Below, in pieces: positions 21,204-32,302 of a stretch of DNA of 64,000 nt. The stretch is taken from the NCBI GenBank assembly GCA_963663865.1, contig OY760686.1:2240001-2304000 (forward strand), in the 5' to 3' direction. The notes under the pieces were generated by a model, which saw only the letters and a program-made list of their open reading frames with translations, did not search any database and was not told where the DNA came from. Each line of letters opens with the position of its first letter. Positions within the stretch are counted from its first letter, which is position 1. Source of the stretch: Spirochaetota bacterium (GTDB lineage Bacteria; Spirochaetota; UBA4802; UBA5550). Position numbers and translations under genes: made by a program.

Positions 21204-22502
21204 TTAAAAACCGAATAAGCGAGGTATCCATAGACTGATTCCAGGAACGTAGGTAATAATCATCAAGGCGATAATCATGGTTATAAATAACGGCATGAGA
21301 GGTTTGATAACCTTATTAATTGATGTATTTGCGATACTGCAACCTACAAATAAAACACTTCCAACAGGCGGGGTGCAGATACCAATTGATAAATTTAAAA
21401 CCATAATAATCCCAAAGTGAACAGGATCAATCCCCAATTGAACTACTACTGGTAAAAATATAGGAGTAAAAATCAAAACCGCAGGAGTCATATCCATAAA
21501 AGTACCAACGACAAGGAGAATCAGATTTATTATCAGAAGAATAAGCACCGGATTATGAAAATATGTTAATAGGCCATGTGTTATATTTTGAGGTATATTA
21601 GCATAAGCCATAATCCAGGACATCCCCATAGACGTTCCGATTAAAAACATTACAATACTTGTAGTTGAAGCACTTTCCAGCAATATTTGTGGAATCTTCT
21701 TCAAAGGTATTTCTCGATATATTATTACAGAGAGAATAAAAGCGTAAAAAACCATGATAGCAGAAGCTTCAGTAGCCGTAAACACTCCTCCAACAATACC
21801 ACCGATAACGATAACTATCAAGAAAAGACTTGGCAATGCACGAAAAAATATTGCTACAGCATCTTTAACCGAACCTCTTTTCCCAAAAGGGTACCTCTGG
21901 TAATGAGCATAAAAGGCAATAACCATCATTAATAATACACCAACGAGCATACCCGGCAGGTATCCCGCGAGGAAAAGAGATGCTATAGATACTCCTCCAC
22001 TGGCCAGGGAATAAATAATCAGAATATTACTTGGAGGAATAATTAATCCAGTTGTAGAGGAAACAATATTAACTGCAGCGCTAAAATCTTTATCAAATCC
22101 TTCTTCTTCCATTATCGGGCCTAATGTTCCGCCGATTGCAGACGCAGCGGCAACCGCTGATCCTGAAATAGCACCAAAAAACATTGAAGAAAGAACATTA
22201 ACAATAGCAAGACCTCCCGGCAAGCGTCCAACAAGCAATTTAGCTAAATCTATAAGACGTCGGGCAAGACCTCCATGGTTCATAAACTGCCCACCCAGAA
22301 TAAAAAGTGGTATAGCCAATAAAGCAAAGCTATCCAAACCTGTAGCTATTCTTTGAGTTACTGTCGACATTGCGGGGATTAAATCAATACTGAAGAGCAT
22401 TGTTAATACAGTCGAAATTCCCATACAGAAGGAAATTGGAACACCTAAAGCGAGCAAAGAAAAAAATGAAATTACTAAAATTATCAATTCAAACAAATCC
22501 AT
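21204..22502 (-). CDS. dctM: TRAP transporter large permease
   Basis: SFALLAIPLF, IIPPSNILIIY and TPPVG motifs. Confidence 0.93.
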   Translation of the reverse strand: MDLFELIILVISFFSLLALGVPISFCMGISTVLTMLFSIDLIPAMSTVTQRIATGLDSFALLAIPLFILGGQFMNHGGLARRLIDLAKLLVGRLPGGLAIVNVLSSMFFGAISGSAVAAASAIGGTLGPIMEEEGFDKDFSAAVNIVSSTTGLIIPPSNILIIYSLASGGVSIASLFLAGYLPGMLVGVLLMMVIAFYAHYQRYPFGKRGSVKDAVAIFFRALPSLFLIVIVIGGIVGGVFTATEASAIMVFYAFILSVIIYREIPLKKIPQILLESASTTSIVMFLIGTSMGMSWIMAYANIPQNITHGLLTYFHNPVLILLIINLILLVVGTFMDMTPAVLIFTPIFLPVVVQLGIDPVHFGIIMVLNLSIGICTPPVGSVLFVGCSIANTSINKVIKPLMPLFITMIIALMIITYVPGISLWIPRLFGF

Positions 22503-22556
22503 AACAACTCCTTAAATTGTCTGTTTATAAAGCTGACTATCCTGCACATTGAAACG

Positions 22557-23036
22557 TCATTCATTACGCCTTTGCAGAGCCTGTTCATAGGCAAGCAGCA
22601 CAACATATAAACAGATCAATAAACCGCTAATGGGTACAACGATATAAACATAACCAAGTTGAATCCCTAAAGCAGCGGATGTTTGTTTCAGAGAGAGAGT
22701 AATATAAACCAGATTCCCACCACCACCGATTAGTACAAAAGCTGAAAACAAAAAAATAAAAATATATATAGCGTTATTTATTATTTTATTCATTTTACTT
22801 CCACAATTTTGTAAAATAATATCAATGGCAAGATGTCCTTTCTGCCCAGTCACATATGATGCACCTAAAAGTCCAACCCATATCAAAACAAAACGGGCCA
22901 ATTCCTCAGTAAATGTACTTGGATCGTTAAAAAGGTAGCGAGATATAACTTGCCAGATTACATTAATTACCATTGTGATCATTAGAAATACCAATGTTAC
23001 TTTTAATATCATATCAATTTTTTCTTTAAATATCAT
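22557..23036 (-). CDS. dctQ: TRAP transporter small permease
   Basis: QVISRYLF, TEELAR and HLAID motifs; four TM segments. Confidence 0.9.
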   Translation of the reverse strand: MIFKEKIDMILKVTLVFLMITMVINVIWQVISRYLFNDPSTFTEELARFVLIWVGLLGASYVTGQKGHLAIDIILQNCGSKMNKIINNAIYIFIFLFSAFVLIGGGGNLVYITLSLKQTSAALGIQLGYVYIVVPISGLLICLYVVLLAYEQALQRRNE

Positions 23037-23040
23037 TAGT

Positions 23041-24033
23041 CTATTTCACCCCTTTTATCTGAAGGAGCAATGATCCTCCTCTTTTTTTAATATAGCTTTT
23101 ATAAATTGGTTCAATTTTTTTTATAAATGCTGCTTTGTCAGGATAAATTATCTTAACACCACTATCTTGAATTTTTTTTAATGCAAACTTAGTTTCATCT
23201 TGCCATATTTCTTTCTGATACTTAACAGAGGCATCAACTGCATCCTGAATTATTTTTTTTTCAATCTTACTCAATTTCTCCCATATTAAATGGGAAATCA
23301 AAATAACATCAGGAATTGAGGTGTGTTCATCCATTGATAAATACTTACAAACTTCATAATGTCGAGATGTATACAGTGAAGGTAAATTGTTTTCTGCGCC
23401 ATCAACAACTCCCTGTTGCAGAGATGTATAGAGTTCACCCCATGAAATTGGTGTAGCTGCTCCGCCAAGAGTGTTTACCAGAGCAATTGCCATAGCGCTT
23501 TCCTGAGTCCTTAATTTCAACCCAGTCATATCTTCTGGCGTTTGAATTAATCTTGATCGTGTATAAAAACTTCTGTTACCTGCATCATAATAACCAAGAC
23601 CCATAAGTCTGTATTTAACCAATCCATGGAGTAGATCGCGCCCAATTTCCCCTTCATAAACCTTAAATCGATGATCATCATTTCTAAAAAGATAAGGAAG
23701 AGCAAATATTTCAAACTCCGGTGCAAAGGACTCAAGTACACTTGATGAAACTTTCGTCATTCCCAGACTTCCCAACTGGAGAAGTTCCAGACATTCCCTC
23801 TGGCTGCCCAGTTGTTGGCTGGAGTAAATATCAATTTTAATTCGGCCTGTTGATTGTTTTTCAATCCTTTCAGCCATAAACACCATTGCCTTGTGAACAG
23901 GATGATTAGTATCTAAACCATGACCCAATTTGATTCGTTTTATTTTATTTGTCTCGTTGCAGTTCATAGACATCAACAATATCAATATGACAAATAATAG
24001 TATTTTAGGACTTTTAAAAATTATGCCGTTCAC
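23041..24033 (-). CDS. dctP: TRAP substrate-binding protein
   Basis: GLKLRT and ELYTSLQQGVVDGAEN motifs. Confidence 0.92.
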   Translation of the reverse strand: MNGIIFKSPKILLFVILILLMSMNCNETNKIKRIKLGHGLDTNHPVHKAMVFMAERIEKQSTGRIKIDIYSSQQLGSQRECLELLQLGSLGMTKVSSSVLESFAPEFEIFALPYLFRNDDHRFKVYEGEIGRDLLHGLVKYRLMGLGYYDAGNRSFYTRSRLIQTPEDMTGLKLRTQESAMAIALVNTLGGAATPISWGELYTSLQQGVVDGAENNLPSLYTSRHYEVCKYLSMDEHTSIPDVILISHLIWEKLSKIEKKIIQDAVDASVKYQKEIWQDETKFALKKIQDSGVKIIYPDKAAFIKKIEPIYKSYIKKRGGSLLLQIKGVK

Positions 24034-24222
24034 TGTTTTACCTCAATAATTTCAGTGATTAAACTTAACAAAATAAACTTTTTAATTTTTATATTATTAA
24101 TCTATGTTCATTTGACTCATCACGCTTAACCACATTGTATTTTTTTATAATTGCGATTAAGCTAACATATAAATTGCTGCAATCCTTCCCAATCTTTGGC
24201 AGGCCAGTTAATGAAACCTTGA

Positions 24223-24243
24223 AATATCTGACTGTCAGATATT
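24223..24243. promoter_or_regulatory. Perfect 10-1-10 palindrome, operator candidate
   Basis: AATATCTGAC-T-GTCAGATATT between the divergent TRAP and uxu operons. Confidence 0.6.
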
Positions 24244-24544
24244 GCAGTTGATTAGTGCAACGGACGTATATATAATATTTCAAGTGCTACATCATCATTT
24301 CTGAAAATGCTCAATACTATTTCACTGTTATTGTTTTTTCAGGCGATAGAAGTATTACTTATCAGTTTCTTTCTGAATTATTTCCAACGAAGTATTATTG
24401 GATAGTTATTGATATGTTAAAACAACTTCAACTGTCAGTAAGCTCTTACAGTTTTTAGAATTTGAACTGAATAGTAATCATATCTGAATGTTGTTGTGCA
24501 TGATAACAGATGCATCAATTAATATTACTTTAACGAGGTTGCTA

Positions 24545-25366
24545 ATGCAATATGTAGAAAAAATGTTCGGGTACCAGGGCAAAACAGTAGTGATTACAGG
24601 AGGAGCCGGCCTTATCGCTCAGCATGTAGCTGAAGGATTTCTCCAGGCTGGGGCTTCAGTTAGTCTCTGGGATATTGGCGAAGATTCTTTGCAGAAAACA
24701 CGAGAAGCTATCATTAAAAGACTGAATATCGCAGATACAAAAATTACAATTGAGTCAGTGGATTGTGGCAACAAATCAAACCTTGAAAAGGCTTTTCAGA
24801 AAACCAGAGATGCTCTGGGGGTACCAGATGTGCTGATAAACGGTGTTGGAGGCAATCGCGGATCAGTACCATTTGTTGAACAAGACATTGATCTCTTTCA
24901 AAAAGTTTTATATCTGAATCTTGTAGCGGGAATGTTAATGCCCACTCAGGTATTTGCCTCTTACTGGATAAGAACAGAACACAAAGGTGCCATAATTAAT
25001 TTCACATCTATGACAGCCTATTCTGCATGGAGCGGAGTCTGGGCCTATGGAGCAGCAAAAGCAGGTGTAATGAACCTTACAAAAGGAGCTGCCCTTGAAT
25101 TTGCGCACCAGGGAATTCGTGTAAATTCAGTTTCACCAGGGGTATTTGTGGGAAAACAGAACCATGATCTTCTTATTGTAGAAGACGAACCTCTGAAGTT
25201 AACACCCCGGGGTGAAAAAATCATATCCCGAACACCGATGGGTCGCTTTGGAGATTATAAAGAGCTTCAGGGAGCAATGCTGTACTTAGGCAGTAATAAA
25301 GCAGCCAATTTTGTTACTGGCATAGATATTCCCGTCGACGGCGGATTCCTTGTAGACAATATTTAG
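24545..25366 (+). CDS. SDR oxidoreductase, likely D-mannonate oxidoreductase (UxuB-like)
   Basis: TGGAGLIA, NGVGGN, YGAAK and RTPMGRFG motifs; immediately upstream of uxuA. Confidence 0.8.
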   Translation: MQYVEKMFGYQGKTVVITGGAGLIAQHVAEGFLQAGASVSLWDIGEDSLQKTREAIIKRLNIADTKITIESVDCGNKSNLEKAFQKTRDALGVPDVLINGVGGNRGSVPFVEQDIDLFQKVLYLNLVAGMLMPTQVFASYWIRTEHKGAIINFTSMTAYSAWSGVWAYGAAKAGVMNLTKGAALEFAHQGIRVNSVSPGVFVGKQNHDLLIVEDEPLKLTPRGEKIISRTPMGRFGDYKELQGAMLYLGSNKAANFVTGIDIPVDGGFLVDNI

Positions 25367-25375
25367 GAGAAATTA

Positions 25376-26419
25376 ATGAAAACAACATTTAGATGGTTTG
25401 GCCCCGATGATCCGGTTACACTCAAAGATATCCGACAGATTCCTGGTGTAACTGGCATTATTACATCAGCTTTTGATATTCCCGCTGATGAAGTAATACC
25501 TGTAGAACGTTTTAAAGAATTACAGCAACTCTGTGCAGCTGAAGGCTTTACTCTGGATGCTATTGAAAGTATCCCGGTACATGAGGACATCAAGCTTGGA
25601 CGAGATAACCGTGATGAGCTTATAGATGTTTTTATCAAAAGCCTGAAAAATGCCGCAAGTGCAGGAATCCCTGTTATCTGTTATAACTTTATGCTGGCCT
25701 TTGACTGGCTTCGGACTGACCTGGCCATGAAGCTTCCTGACGGATCAACAGCACTTAGTTATGATGAAAATGATCTGGCAGGTTTTGATCTTACCCAGGA
25801 GCTGCCGGCCTGGAGTACGACTTACACTCCGGAAACACTTGAGGCCATGCTCAATTCCAGCAGAAGCCTTTCAGAAAACGATCTATGGGAAAATCTGCGA
25901 TATTTTCTTGAAAGAGTAATACCTGCAGCTGAAGAGTCTGGTATTTTATTGGCCATACATCCGGATGATCCACCATGGTCTATTCTCGGAATTCCAAGAA
26001 TCATAACCTCAGAAAGCAATATTAATAAATTTCTGCGTCTGGTTGATAAAAAAGCCAATGGTCTTGCACTCTGTTCCGGGTCGCTTGGAGCTAATCCGGA
26101 GAACAATATCCCTCAAATAGTCAGGCGATTCGGAAGCGAAGGCCGTATTCATTTCGCACATATCCGTAATATTAAATTTACCGGCAACAAAAAATTTCAT
26201 GAATCGGCCCACCTTTCAAGTGACGGCAGTCTCGATCTTTTTGATATTGTTAAAGCATATCATGATACAGGATTTACCGGACCAATGCGTCCTGACCATG
26301 GACGGAATATCTGGAATGATAAGGGGAAACCCGGCTACGGGCTGTATGACCGCGCCATTGGTGCAGTATACATTCAGGCCCTCTGGGAAGCTATTGAAAA
26401 AATGAAACGGGAGGCATAA
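25376..26419 (+). CDS. uxuA: Mannonate dehydratase
   Basis: FRWFGPDDPV, CYNFM, HPDDPPW, RPDHG and PGYGLYDRAIG motifs. Confidence 0.95.
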   Translation: MKTTFRWFGPDDPVTLKDIRQIPGVTGIITSAFDIPADEVIPVERFKELQQLCAAEGFTLDAIESIPVHEDIKLGRDNRDELIDVFIKSLKNAASAGIPVICYNFMLAFDWLRTDLAMKLPDGSTALSYDENDLAGFDLTQELPAWSTTYTPETLEAMLNSSRSLSENDLWENLRYFLERVIPAAEESGILLAIHPDDPPWSILGIPRIITSESNINKFLRLVDKKANGLALCSGSLGANPENNIPQIVRRFGSEGRIHFAHIRNIKFTGNKKFHESAHLSSDGSLDLFDIVKAYHDTGFTGPMRPDHGRNIWNDKGKPGYGLYDRAIGAVYIQALWEAIEKMKREA

Positions 26420-26422
26420 AAA

Positions 26423-27088
26423 ATGGCTCAAAATAAAAAACATGAGACACTGCAGGCAATACGCCAGCATCGTCTTGTAGGTCTTTTTCACGATTATGAC
26501 ATTGACTCAGCGTTAAACACTTTAAAATGCTGCGCTGATGGAGGACTTAGAATTGTTGAATTCGTAAACAGGGGTGTTTTTGCTTTAGATATATTCACTC
26601 AACTTTCTAAGGCAGTAAAAAAATCATACCCCGACATAGTCTTGGGGGCTGGTTCTGTTGTAGACCGCGGAACTGCTGCACAATTCATAAACAACGGAGC
26701 TGATTTTATAGTTTCTCCCTGCATCTGCGAAGATGTGGCACAAACATGTAACAGCAGAAAAATACCCTATCTACCGGGATGTGGTACAGCAACAGAAATA
26801 ATGCAGGCACACCTTCTCGGAGTGGATATCTGCAAACTGTTCCCAGGGGATGCGTCCGGCGGTCCGGGATTTATAAAAGGAGTTATGGGACCAATGCCCT
26901 TTGCGGAAATAATGCCGACAGGTGGTGTTGAACCAACAACAGAAAGTTGCAGCTCCTGGCTTAATGCTGGTGCGGTATGTGTAGGGATGGGATCAAAACT
27001 ATTAGACTCTAAACTTATAAAAGACGGCAGTTTTGATCAACTAACAGAAAAAATACACAATGCGGTTATGCTGATACAATCTATATAA
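26423..27088 (+). CDS. eda: KDPG/KHG aldolase
   Basis: GAGSV, FIVSP, KLFPG and MPTGGV motifs. Confidence 0.9.
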   Translation: MAQNKKHETLQAIRQHRLVGLFHDYDIDSALNTLKCCADGGLRIVEFVNRGVFALDIFTQLSKAVKKSYPDIVLGAGSVVDRGTAAQFINNGADFIVSPCICEDVAQTCNSRKIPYLPGCGTATEIMQAHLLGVDICKLFPGDASGGPGFIKGVMGPMPFAEIMPTGGVEPTTESCSSWLNAGAVCVGMGSKLLDSKLIKDGSFDQLTEKIHNAVMLIQSI

Positions 27089-27095
27089 ACAAGGA

Positions 27096-28169
27096 GTGAA
27101 GATGTCGATTATATTTGATAAAATGCAGCATGCATCAACTGGGATCTATGCTGCAATGGGAGAAATGATGCTTCGCCTTGCCGCTCCAGGATATGAAAGG
27201 CTATTACAGTCTCCAGAGCTGAAAGCTACTTTCGGTGGTGGGGAATCCAATGTAATGGTAAGCTGTGCCAATATGGGACTTCCTGCACGATTCATATCAG
27301 CTTTTCCAGACAATTATCTCGGGCAGCAGGCTATAAGAACATTAAAGGGATTTGATGTAGATGTATCTCCCGTTGTAATAAAAAATAATTCCCGAATGGG
27401 AATCTACTTCCTTGAAAAAGGAGCAAATCAACGTCCCTCTACGGTTATATATGACCGTGCTGATAGCGCTTTCAGCACAATGGGACCCGATGATATTAAT
27501 TGGGAATTCGCACTGAAAGACGTTTCCTGGTTTCACATAACCGGGATCACGCCTGCACTTTCGAAAAGTGCACTTGAACTCAGCATAAAAGGGATGGAAG
27601 AAGCGAAAAAACATGGAGCCGTTACCTCAATTGACCTCAATTTCAGGGCAAAACTCTGGAATTACGGTAAAAAAGCAAGCGAGGTAATGCCACATCTTGC
27701 GGCATTGACTGATGTTATAATAGCCAACGAAGAAGATGTACAAAAATCCCTGGGTATTGGTACAGATCTTGATCCAACCCACGGTGAAATTAACCGGGAC
27801 CGATACGCTCAACTGGCAGCTCAAGTTTTTAAAGACTATAAGGATCTGTCTCTTCTGGCAATCACGCTCCGGGAATCAGTATCAGCTTCGCATAACCGCT
27901 GGAGCGCCTGTCTCAGCAATGGCGATGAAACCGTTTTTTCCAGAACATACGATATTACTAATATCGTAGACCGTGTTGGCGGTGGAGACAGTTTCGCTGC
28001 TGGGCTGATCTATGGTCTATCAAGGCTTGAAACCGGAGAAGAAGCAGTAAATTTCGCAGTCGCCGCTTCCTGTCTTAATCATTCCATTGAAGGAGATATA
28101 AACCTTTCTTCACTCTCTGACATAATGAATCTCTATCAGGGAGACTCTTCTGGACGTATAAGCCGCTAA
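27096..28169 (+). CDS. kdgK: 2-keto-3-deoxygluconate kinase (PfkB family)
   Basis: GEMMLRL, GITPALS and DRVGGGDSF motifs; pathway context. Confidence 0.9.
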   Translation: MKMSIIFDKMQHASTGIYAAMGEMMLRLAAPGYERLLQSPELKATFGGGESNVMVSCANMGLPARFISAFPDNYLGQQAIRTLKGFDVDVSPVVIKNNSRMGIYFLEKGANQRPSTVIYDRADSAFSTMGPDDINWEFALKDVSWFHITGITPALSKSALELSIKGMEEAKKHGAVTSIDLNFRAKLWNYGKKASEVMPHLAALTDVIIANEEDVQKSLGIGTDLDPTHGEINRDRYAQLAAQVFKDYKDLSLLAITLRESVSASHNRWSACLSNGDETVFSRTYDITNIVDRVGGGDSFAAGLIYGLSRLETGEEAVNFAVAASCLNHSIEGDINLSSLSDIMNLYQGDSSGRISR

Positions 28170-28215
28170 AAAGAAATTGAATCATTTTATATACACAACC
28201 GTGTACTTATCAATG

Positions 28216-28260
28216 CAATATAAAGAGACTCCAGAACTATTTATGGGTCTCTTTATATTG
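28216..28260. terminator. Intergenic hairpin between kdgK and uxaC
   Basis: CAATATAAAGAGAC...GTCTCTTTATATTG, a 14-bp inverted repeat. Confidence 0.5.
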
Positions 28261-28282
28261 ACACAATAAATGAGGATGAAAT

Positions 28283-29695
28283 ATGAAAAACTTTATCCAT
28301 GATAATTTTACTCTTGAGACGGATGCAGCGTCGCGACTCTATCATGATTATGCCTCCACAATGCCCATCATAGACTATCACAATCATCTTTCACCTTCAG
28401 TTCTATCCAACAATGATCATTTTAATGACATTGTTGATATCTGGCTGAAGGAAGATCATTACAAATGGCGTGCCATGCGTGCCAACGGGATTCCGGAGGA
28501 AAAAATAACCGGGAATGCACCTCCCAGAGAAAAATTCCGCTCCTGGGCTAATACCGTACAGGCTTCTATTCGGAACCCTCTGTACCACTGGGCACATATA
28601 GAAATGACACGCTATTTCGGAATAAACGATTTACTCCTTGGATCTGAAACAGCTGATGAAATCTATGACCTCTGCAATGAAGTCCTTGCTGACAAAAATT
28701 TTTCCGCTTGGGAAATAATAAAAAAAATGAATGTTGAGATACTCTGCACAACAGATGACCCTGTTGATAATCTGGAATTTCACGTAGCACTGGCAAAGAA
28801 AAAAGATGTTTCTTTCAGAATGTATCCCGCATGGAGACCTGACAGGGCTTTTAAAGCAGACGATCCTGTTGCTTTTAATAAATGGATTAGCGAACTTGAG
28901 TCTGCATCCAACCTCGAAATAAAAAATCTGGATGACCTCAAAGAAGCATTAAAAAAAAGACACGACTTTTTCCATCATTGCGGTTGCCGGATATCAGATT
29001 ACGGCATGACCACAATCCCGGCTGAAGATTATACTGATAAAGAAATTGCGAAATATTTTGACACTATACGTAGAGGAGAAAGTCTGAAAGGTTTAGAACT
29101 TGATTCATACAGGTCCGCAATGTTGCATTTCCTGATTGAACTTGATGCAAAGAAAGAATGGTCAATACAGATCCATATGGGTGTTTTACGAAACAACAAT
29201 TCCCGTATGTTTAAACAACTTGGTCCTGATGCTGGTTTTGATAGTATAGGAGATTTCAGTCATGCAGCACCCCTGATAAAGCTTTTAGATTATTTGAATA
29301 AAAATAACTCTCTTCCCAGAACAATACTCTATCCTATAAATCCTTCTGATAACGCTATGATTGCCACCATGATCGGCAATTTTCAGGACGGGACTGTTCC
29401 AGGAAAAATTCAATTTGGTCCCGCCTGGTGGTTTCTGGATCAAAAAACAGGCATGGAAGAACAGATGAGCGCCTTATCTGCAATGGGACTTTTATCCCGA
29501 TTCATAGGCATGACCACTGACTCCAGAAGCCTTCTTTCGTTTTCACGCCATGAGTATTTCAGAAGAATTCTCTGCAACCTGTTTGGTAATGATATGGAAA
29601 AAGGTCTTGTTCCAATAGATTTTAAGCTTATTGGAGGCATTATACAGGATATTGCCTGCAATAATGCAAAGCAGTATTTCAAATTTCCTGCGTGA
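28283..29695 (+). CDS. uxaC: Glucuronate isomerase
   Basis: PIIDYHNHL, DHYKWRAMR, TTDDP, WWFLDQ and RHEYFRRILC motifs. Confidence 0.95.
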   Translation: MKNFIHDNFTLETDAASRLYHDYASTMPIIDYHNHLSPSVLSNNDHFNDIVDIWLKEDHYKWRAMRANGIPEEKITGNAPPREKFRSWANTVQASIRNPLYHWAHIEMTRYFGINDLLLGSETADEIYDLCNEVLADKNFSAWEIIKKMNVEILCTTDDPVDNLEFHVALAKKKDVSFRMYPAWRPDRAFKADDPVAFNKWISELESASNLEIKNLDDLKEALKKRHDFFHHCGCRISDYGMTTIPAEDYTDKEIAKYFDTIRRGESLKGLELDSYRSAMLHFLIELDAKKEWSIQIHMGVLRNNNSRMFKQLGPDAGFDSIGDFSHAAPLIKLLDYLNKNNSLPRTILYPINPSDNAMIATMIGNFQDGTVPGKIQFGPAWWFLDQKTGMEEQMSALSAMGLLSRFIGMTTDSRSLLSFSRHEYFRRILCNLFGNDMEKGLVPIDFKLIGGIIQDIACNNAKQYFKFPA

Positions 29696-29989
29696 TTGTA
29701 ATATATAATACAGACTGCTTACAGAGTTTTCGTTAGATTTAACTGTAGCAGTCTGTCCTTCCTTATTGTACTTCATCCTTTCTCAAACAATTTTGCAAAA
29801 TCTGGCAGCCAGTTTTTGACATCGCCCCATTTCTGACATGCCAGCAACTCAGAGGAAAAGACTCATCTAATACGTTAGATTTCACATCAAGCTCATACCA
29901 TTGATTCCGTTTATCAAACTGATGCAACGAAATAATTTATGTATCACATGGTTAAGGCAATTCTATTTCTACAGGAGGCAGTACTTTTA

Positions 29990-32215
29990 ATGAAATCCTC
30001 ACTTTTTAGATGTTCAATCAAACCAAAGATAACATTCAAACTGCAATTTTTTCTATTTTCAGTTCTGACTGTTATCGCATTTACATCCTGCAGTAAATCA
30101 TCAACTAACGGTGGTGACTCGATTGATGATGAAGTGGAGGCTTTTCTTGGATCAATGACAATTCAGGAAAAAATCCAACAAATGCAGGGCGGGGACTATG
30201 CATGGGGTGACCACTTCAATTTCAAAACTCCTAACAATGAGCGTTTGCAAATTCCTGGTTTTATGATGTGCAACGGAACACGGGGCATGTCCGCACGATA
30301 TGCGACAGAAAACGCCACTACCTTCCCTGTCGCCATGGCAAGGGCCGCGACGTGGGATCCGGAAATAGAATCCCAAGTTGCTCAAATTGTTGCAGTTGAA
30401 GCCAAGGCCTGGGGTTACAACATGGTCTTCGCACCAACAATTAATCAACTTACCCACCCACGATGGGGCCGTGCACAGGAAACATACGGAGAGGATGTAT
30501 GCCTTTTAAGCAAATTTGGTGTTGCCTACATCAACTCTGTTCAATCACAACCTGAGGACGGATCGAATCCTATTATATCAGTAGTTAAGCATTTCGCTGC
30601 CAATAACATTGAAAACACTCGTTTCTCAGTGAACGCCAGGCTGGACGAACGGACACTTCGCGAAGTATACCTGCCTCACTTTAAAAAAGCAGTGGATGAA
30701 GCCAATGTCGCAGTGATGATGACCGCTTATAATAAAGTTAACGGCTATTACGCGTCTCAGAATCACCACATGGTCCGTGAAATTCTCAAAGGTGAATGGG
30801 GCTTTCAGGGAATGGTCCTTTCTGATTTCGGAGCAGTTCACGCAACAGTTGATTCAGTTGAGGCCGGACTTGATCTGGAACACCCTTTCAGTTTGGGAGA
30901 AAATCCCTATAAAGAATTTGTCGAAGGATATTTTTACGGCGATGAGCTGGTCAGCTCTGTTAATGATGGTGATGTTCCAATAGATTTAATTGATGATGCT
31001 GTACGAAGAATACTGAAAACAAAGCTTCAATATAAGCTCGATTACTATGATCTGATTGGTGGTGAAAATCCTCCCAGAGACCAGTCGCTTCTTGAAACAG
31101 ATGAACATGTTGCTAAAGCACTTGAAGTGGCTGAAAAAAGCATCGTTCTTCTCGAAAATAAAAACAATACACTTCCTCTAAACAGATCTGCAGTATCAAA
31201 TATTGTTGTTGTTGGCGAATTCGCTAACAAGGTTCGCACCGGTGACCAGGGAAGCAGCGAATCTGTTTCATCTTCGGGAGTAAGCCCATATATGGGAATC
31301 TCATCAATTGCGGGTGAAGGTGTAACCGTAACGACCCAGGTAACTGTTGAAGAAAACACGGCCGCTGTTGCAGCAGCAGATTATGTAATAGTTATCGGGG
31401 CGTATAGTCATAGAGAAGAAGGGGAAGGAAAACCCTTTGCCAACGATAGAGTCAGTATGGCGCTTCCTTCTGATGAAGTTACGGCTATAAAATCCGCCTT
31501 GGCCAACAATTCCAACGTAATTGTCATTCTGGAATCCGCAGGAGCTGTCGACATGAAAGCCTGGGCTGATGATGACGCCAACTCCGAAAACCTCAAAGCA
31601 GTAATTATGGCATGGTATCCCGGGATGAGAGGTGGTACTGCCATTGGAGAAATCCTCTTTGGAGATGTAAATCCTTCCGGAAAACTTCCACAGGCCTTTC
31701 CTGTACAGGAAAGTGACTACCCGGTCTTTGACACTACATCATATGAAGTAAAATATGATTATTACCATGGATACAGATATCTGGACAAACATAACATTGC
31801 TCCCCGTTACCACTTCGGTTACGGTCTGAGCTATACAACGTACAACTACTCCGATCTTCAAGTGCAGGAGGACACAGTGACTGAAGATGACACTGTTACT
31901 GTAACTGTGGATGTTACAAATACAGGCACAATCGCTGGTGATGAGATAGTCCAGCTCTATGTAGGTTTTCTTAATAGTACTGTGGCCGATTCAATAGGCC
32001 GTCCTGTTAAGGAACTTAAGGATTTCAAAAGAATCTCACTGGAGCCTAATGAAACAAAAACTGTTGAGCTTCAGTTTGCAGTAAAAGACCTGGGCTATTA
32101 CGACACTGATTCCAGTTCATGGATATACGAAAAAATGGAGTACCAGGTCTTTGTAGGCCCATCTTCAGACATCTCTGACACAAACATGAAGACAGGTTCG
32201 TTTGCAGTTCAGTGA
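29990..32215 (+). CDS. GH3 beta-glucosidase-like lipoprotein
   Basis: PRWGRAQETYGED, KHF, SDF nucleophile region and C-terminal Fn3-like domain; FTSC lipobox-like sequence. Confidence 0.9.
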   Translation: MKSSLFRCSIKPKITFKLQFFLFSVLTVIAFTSCSKSSTNGGDSIDDEVEAFLGSMTIQEKIQQMQGGDYAWGDHFNFKTPNNERLQIPGFMMCNGTRGMSARYATENATTFPVAMARAATWDPEIESQVAQIVAVEAKAWGYNMVFAPTINQLTHPRWGRAQETYGEDVCLLSKFGVAYINSVQSQPEDGSNPIISVVKHFAANNIENTRFSVNARLDERTLREVYLPHFKKAVDEANVAVMMTAYNKVNGYYASQNHHMVREILKGEWGFQGMVLSDFGAVHATVDSVEAGLDLEHPFSLGENPYKEFVEGYFYGDELVSSVNDGDVPIDLIDDAVRRILKTKLQYKLDYYDLIGGENPPRDQSLLETDEHVAKALEVAEKSIVLLENKNNTLPLNRSAVSNIVVVGEFANKVRTGDQGSSESVSSSGVSPYMGISSIAGEGVTVTTQVTVEENTAAVAAADYVIVIGAYSHREEGEGKPFANDRVSMALPSDEVTAIKSALANNSNVIVILESAGAVDMKAWADDDANSENLKAVIMAWYPGMRGGTAIGEILFGDVNPSGKLPQAFPVQESDYPVFDTTSYEVKYDYYHGYRYLDKHNIAPRYHFGYGLSYTTYNYSDLQVQEDTVTEDDTVTVTVDVTNTGTIAGDEIVQLYVGFLNSTVADSIGRPVKELKDFKRISLEPNETKTVELQFAVKDLGYYDTDSSSWIYEKMEYQVFVGPSSDISDTNMKTGSFAVQ

Positions 32216-32302
32216 AATTCAAAATGCATGTCCTGAAATAAACAGAATTCAGTTAATTCAGGACACGCCATAAATAATTTACACCAAGGTTGGTTAAACA
32301 CT

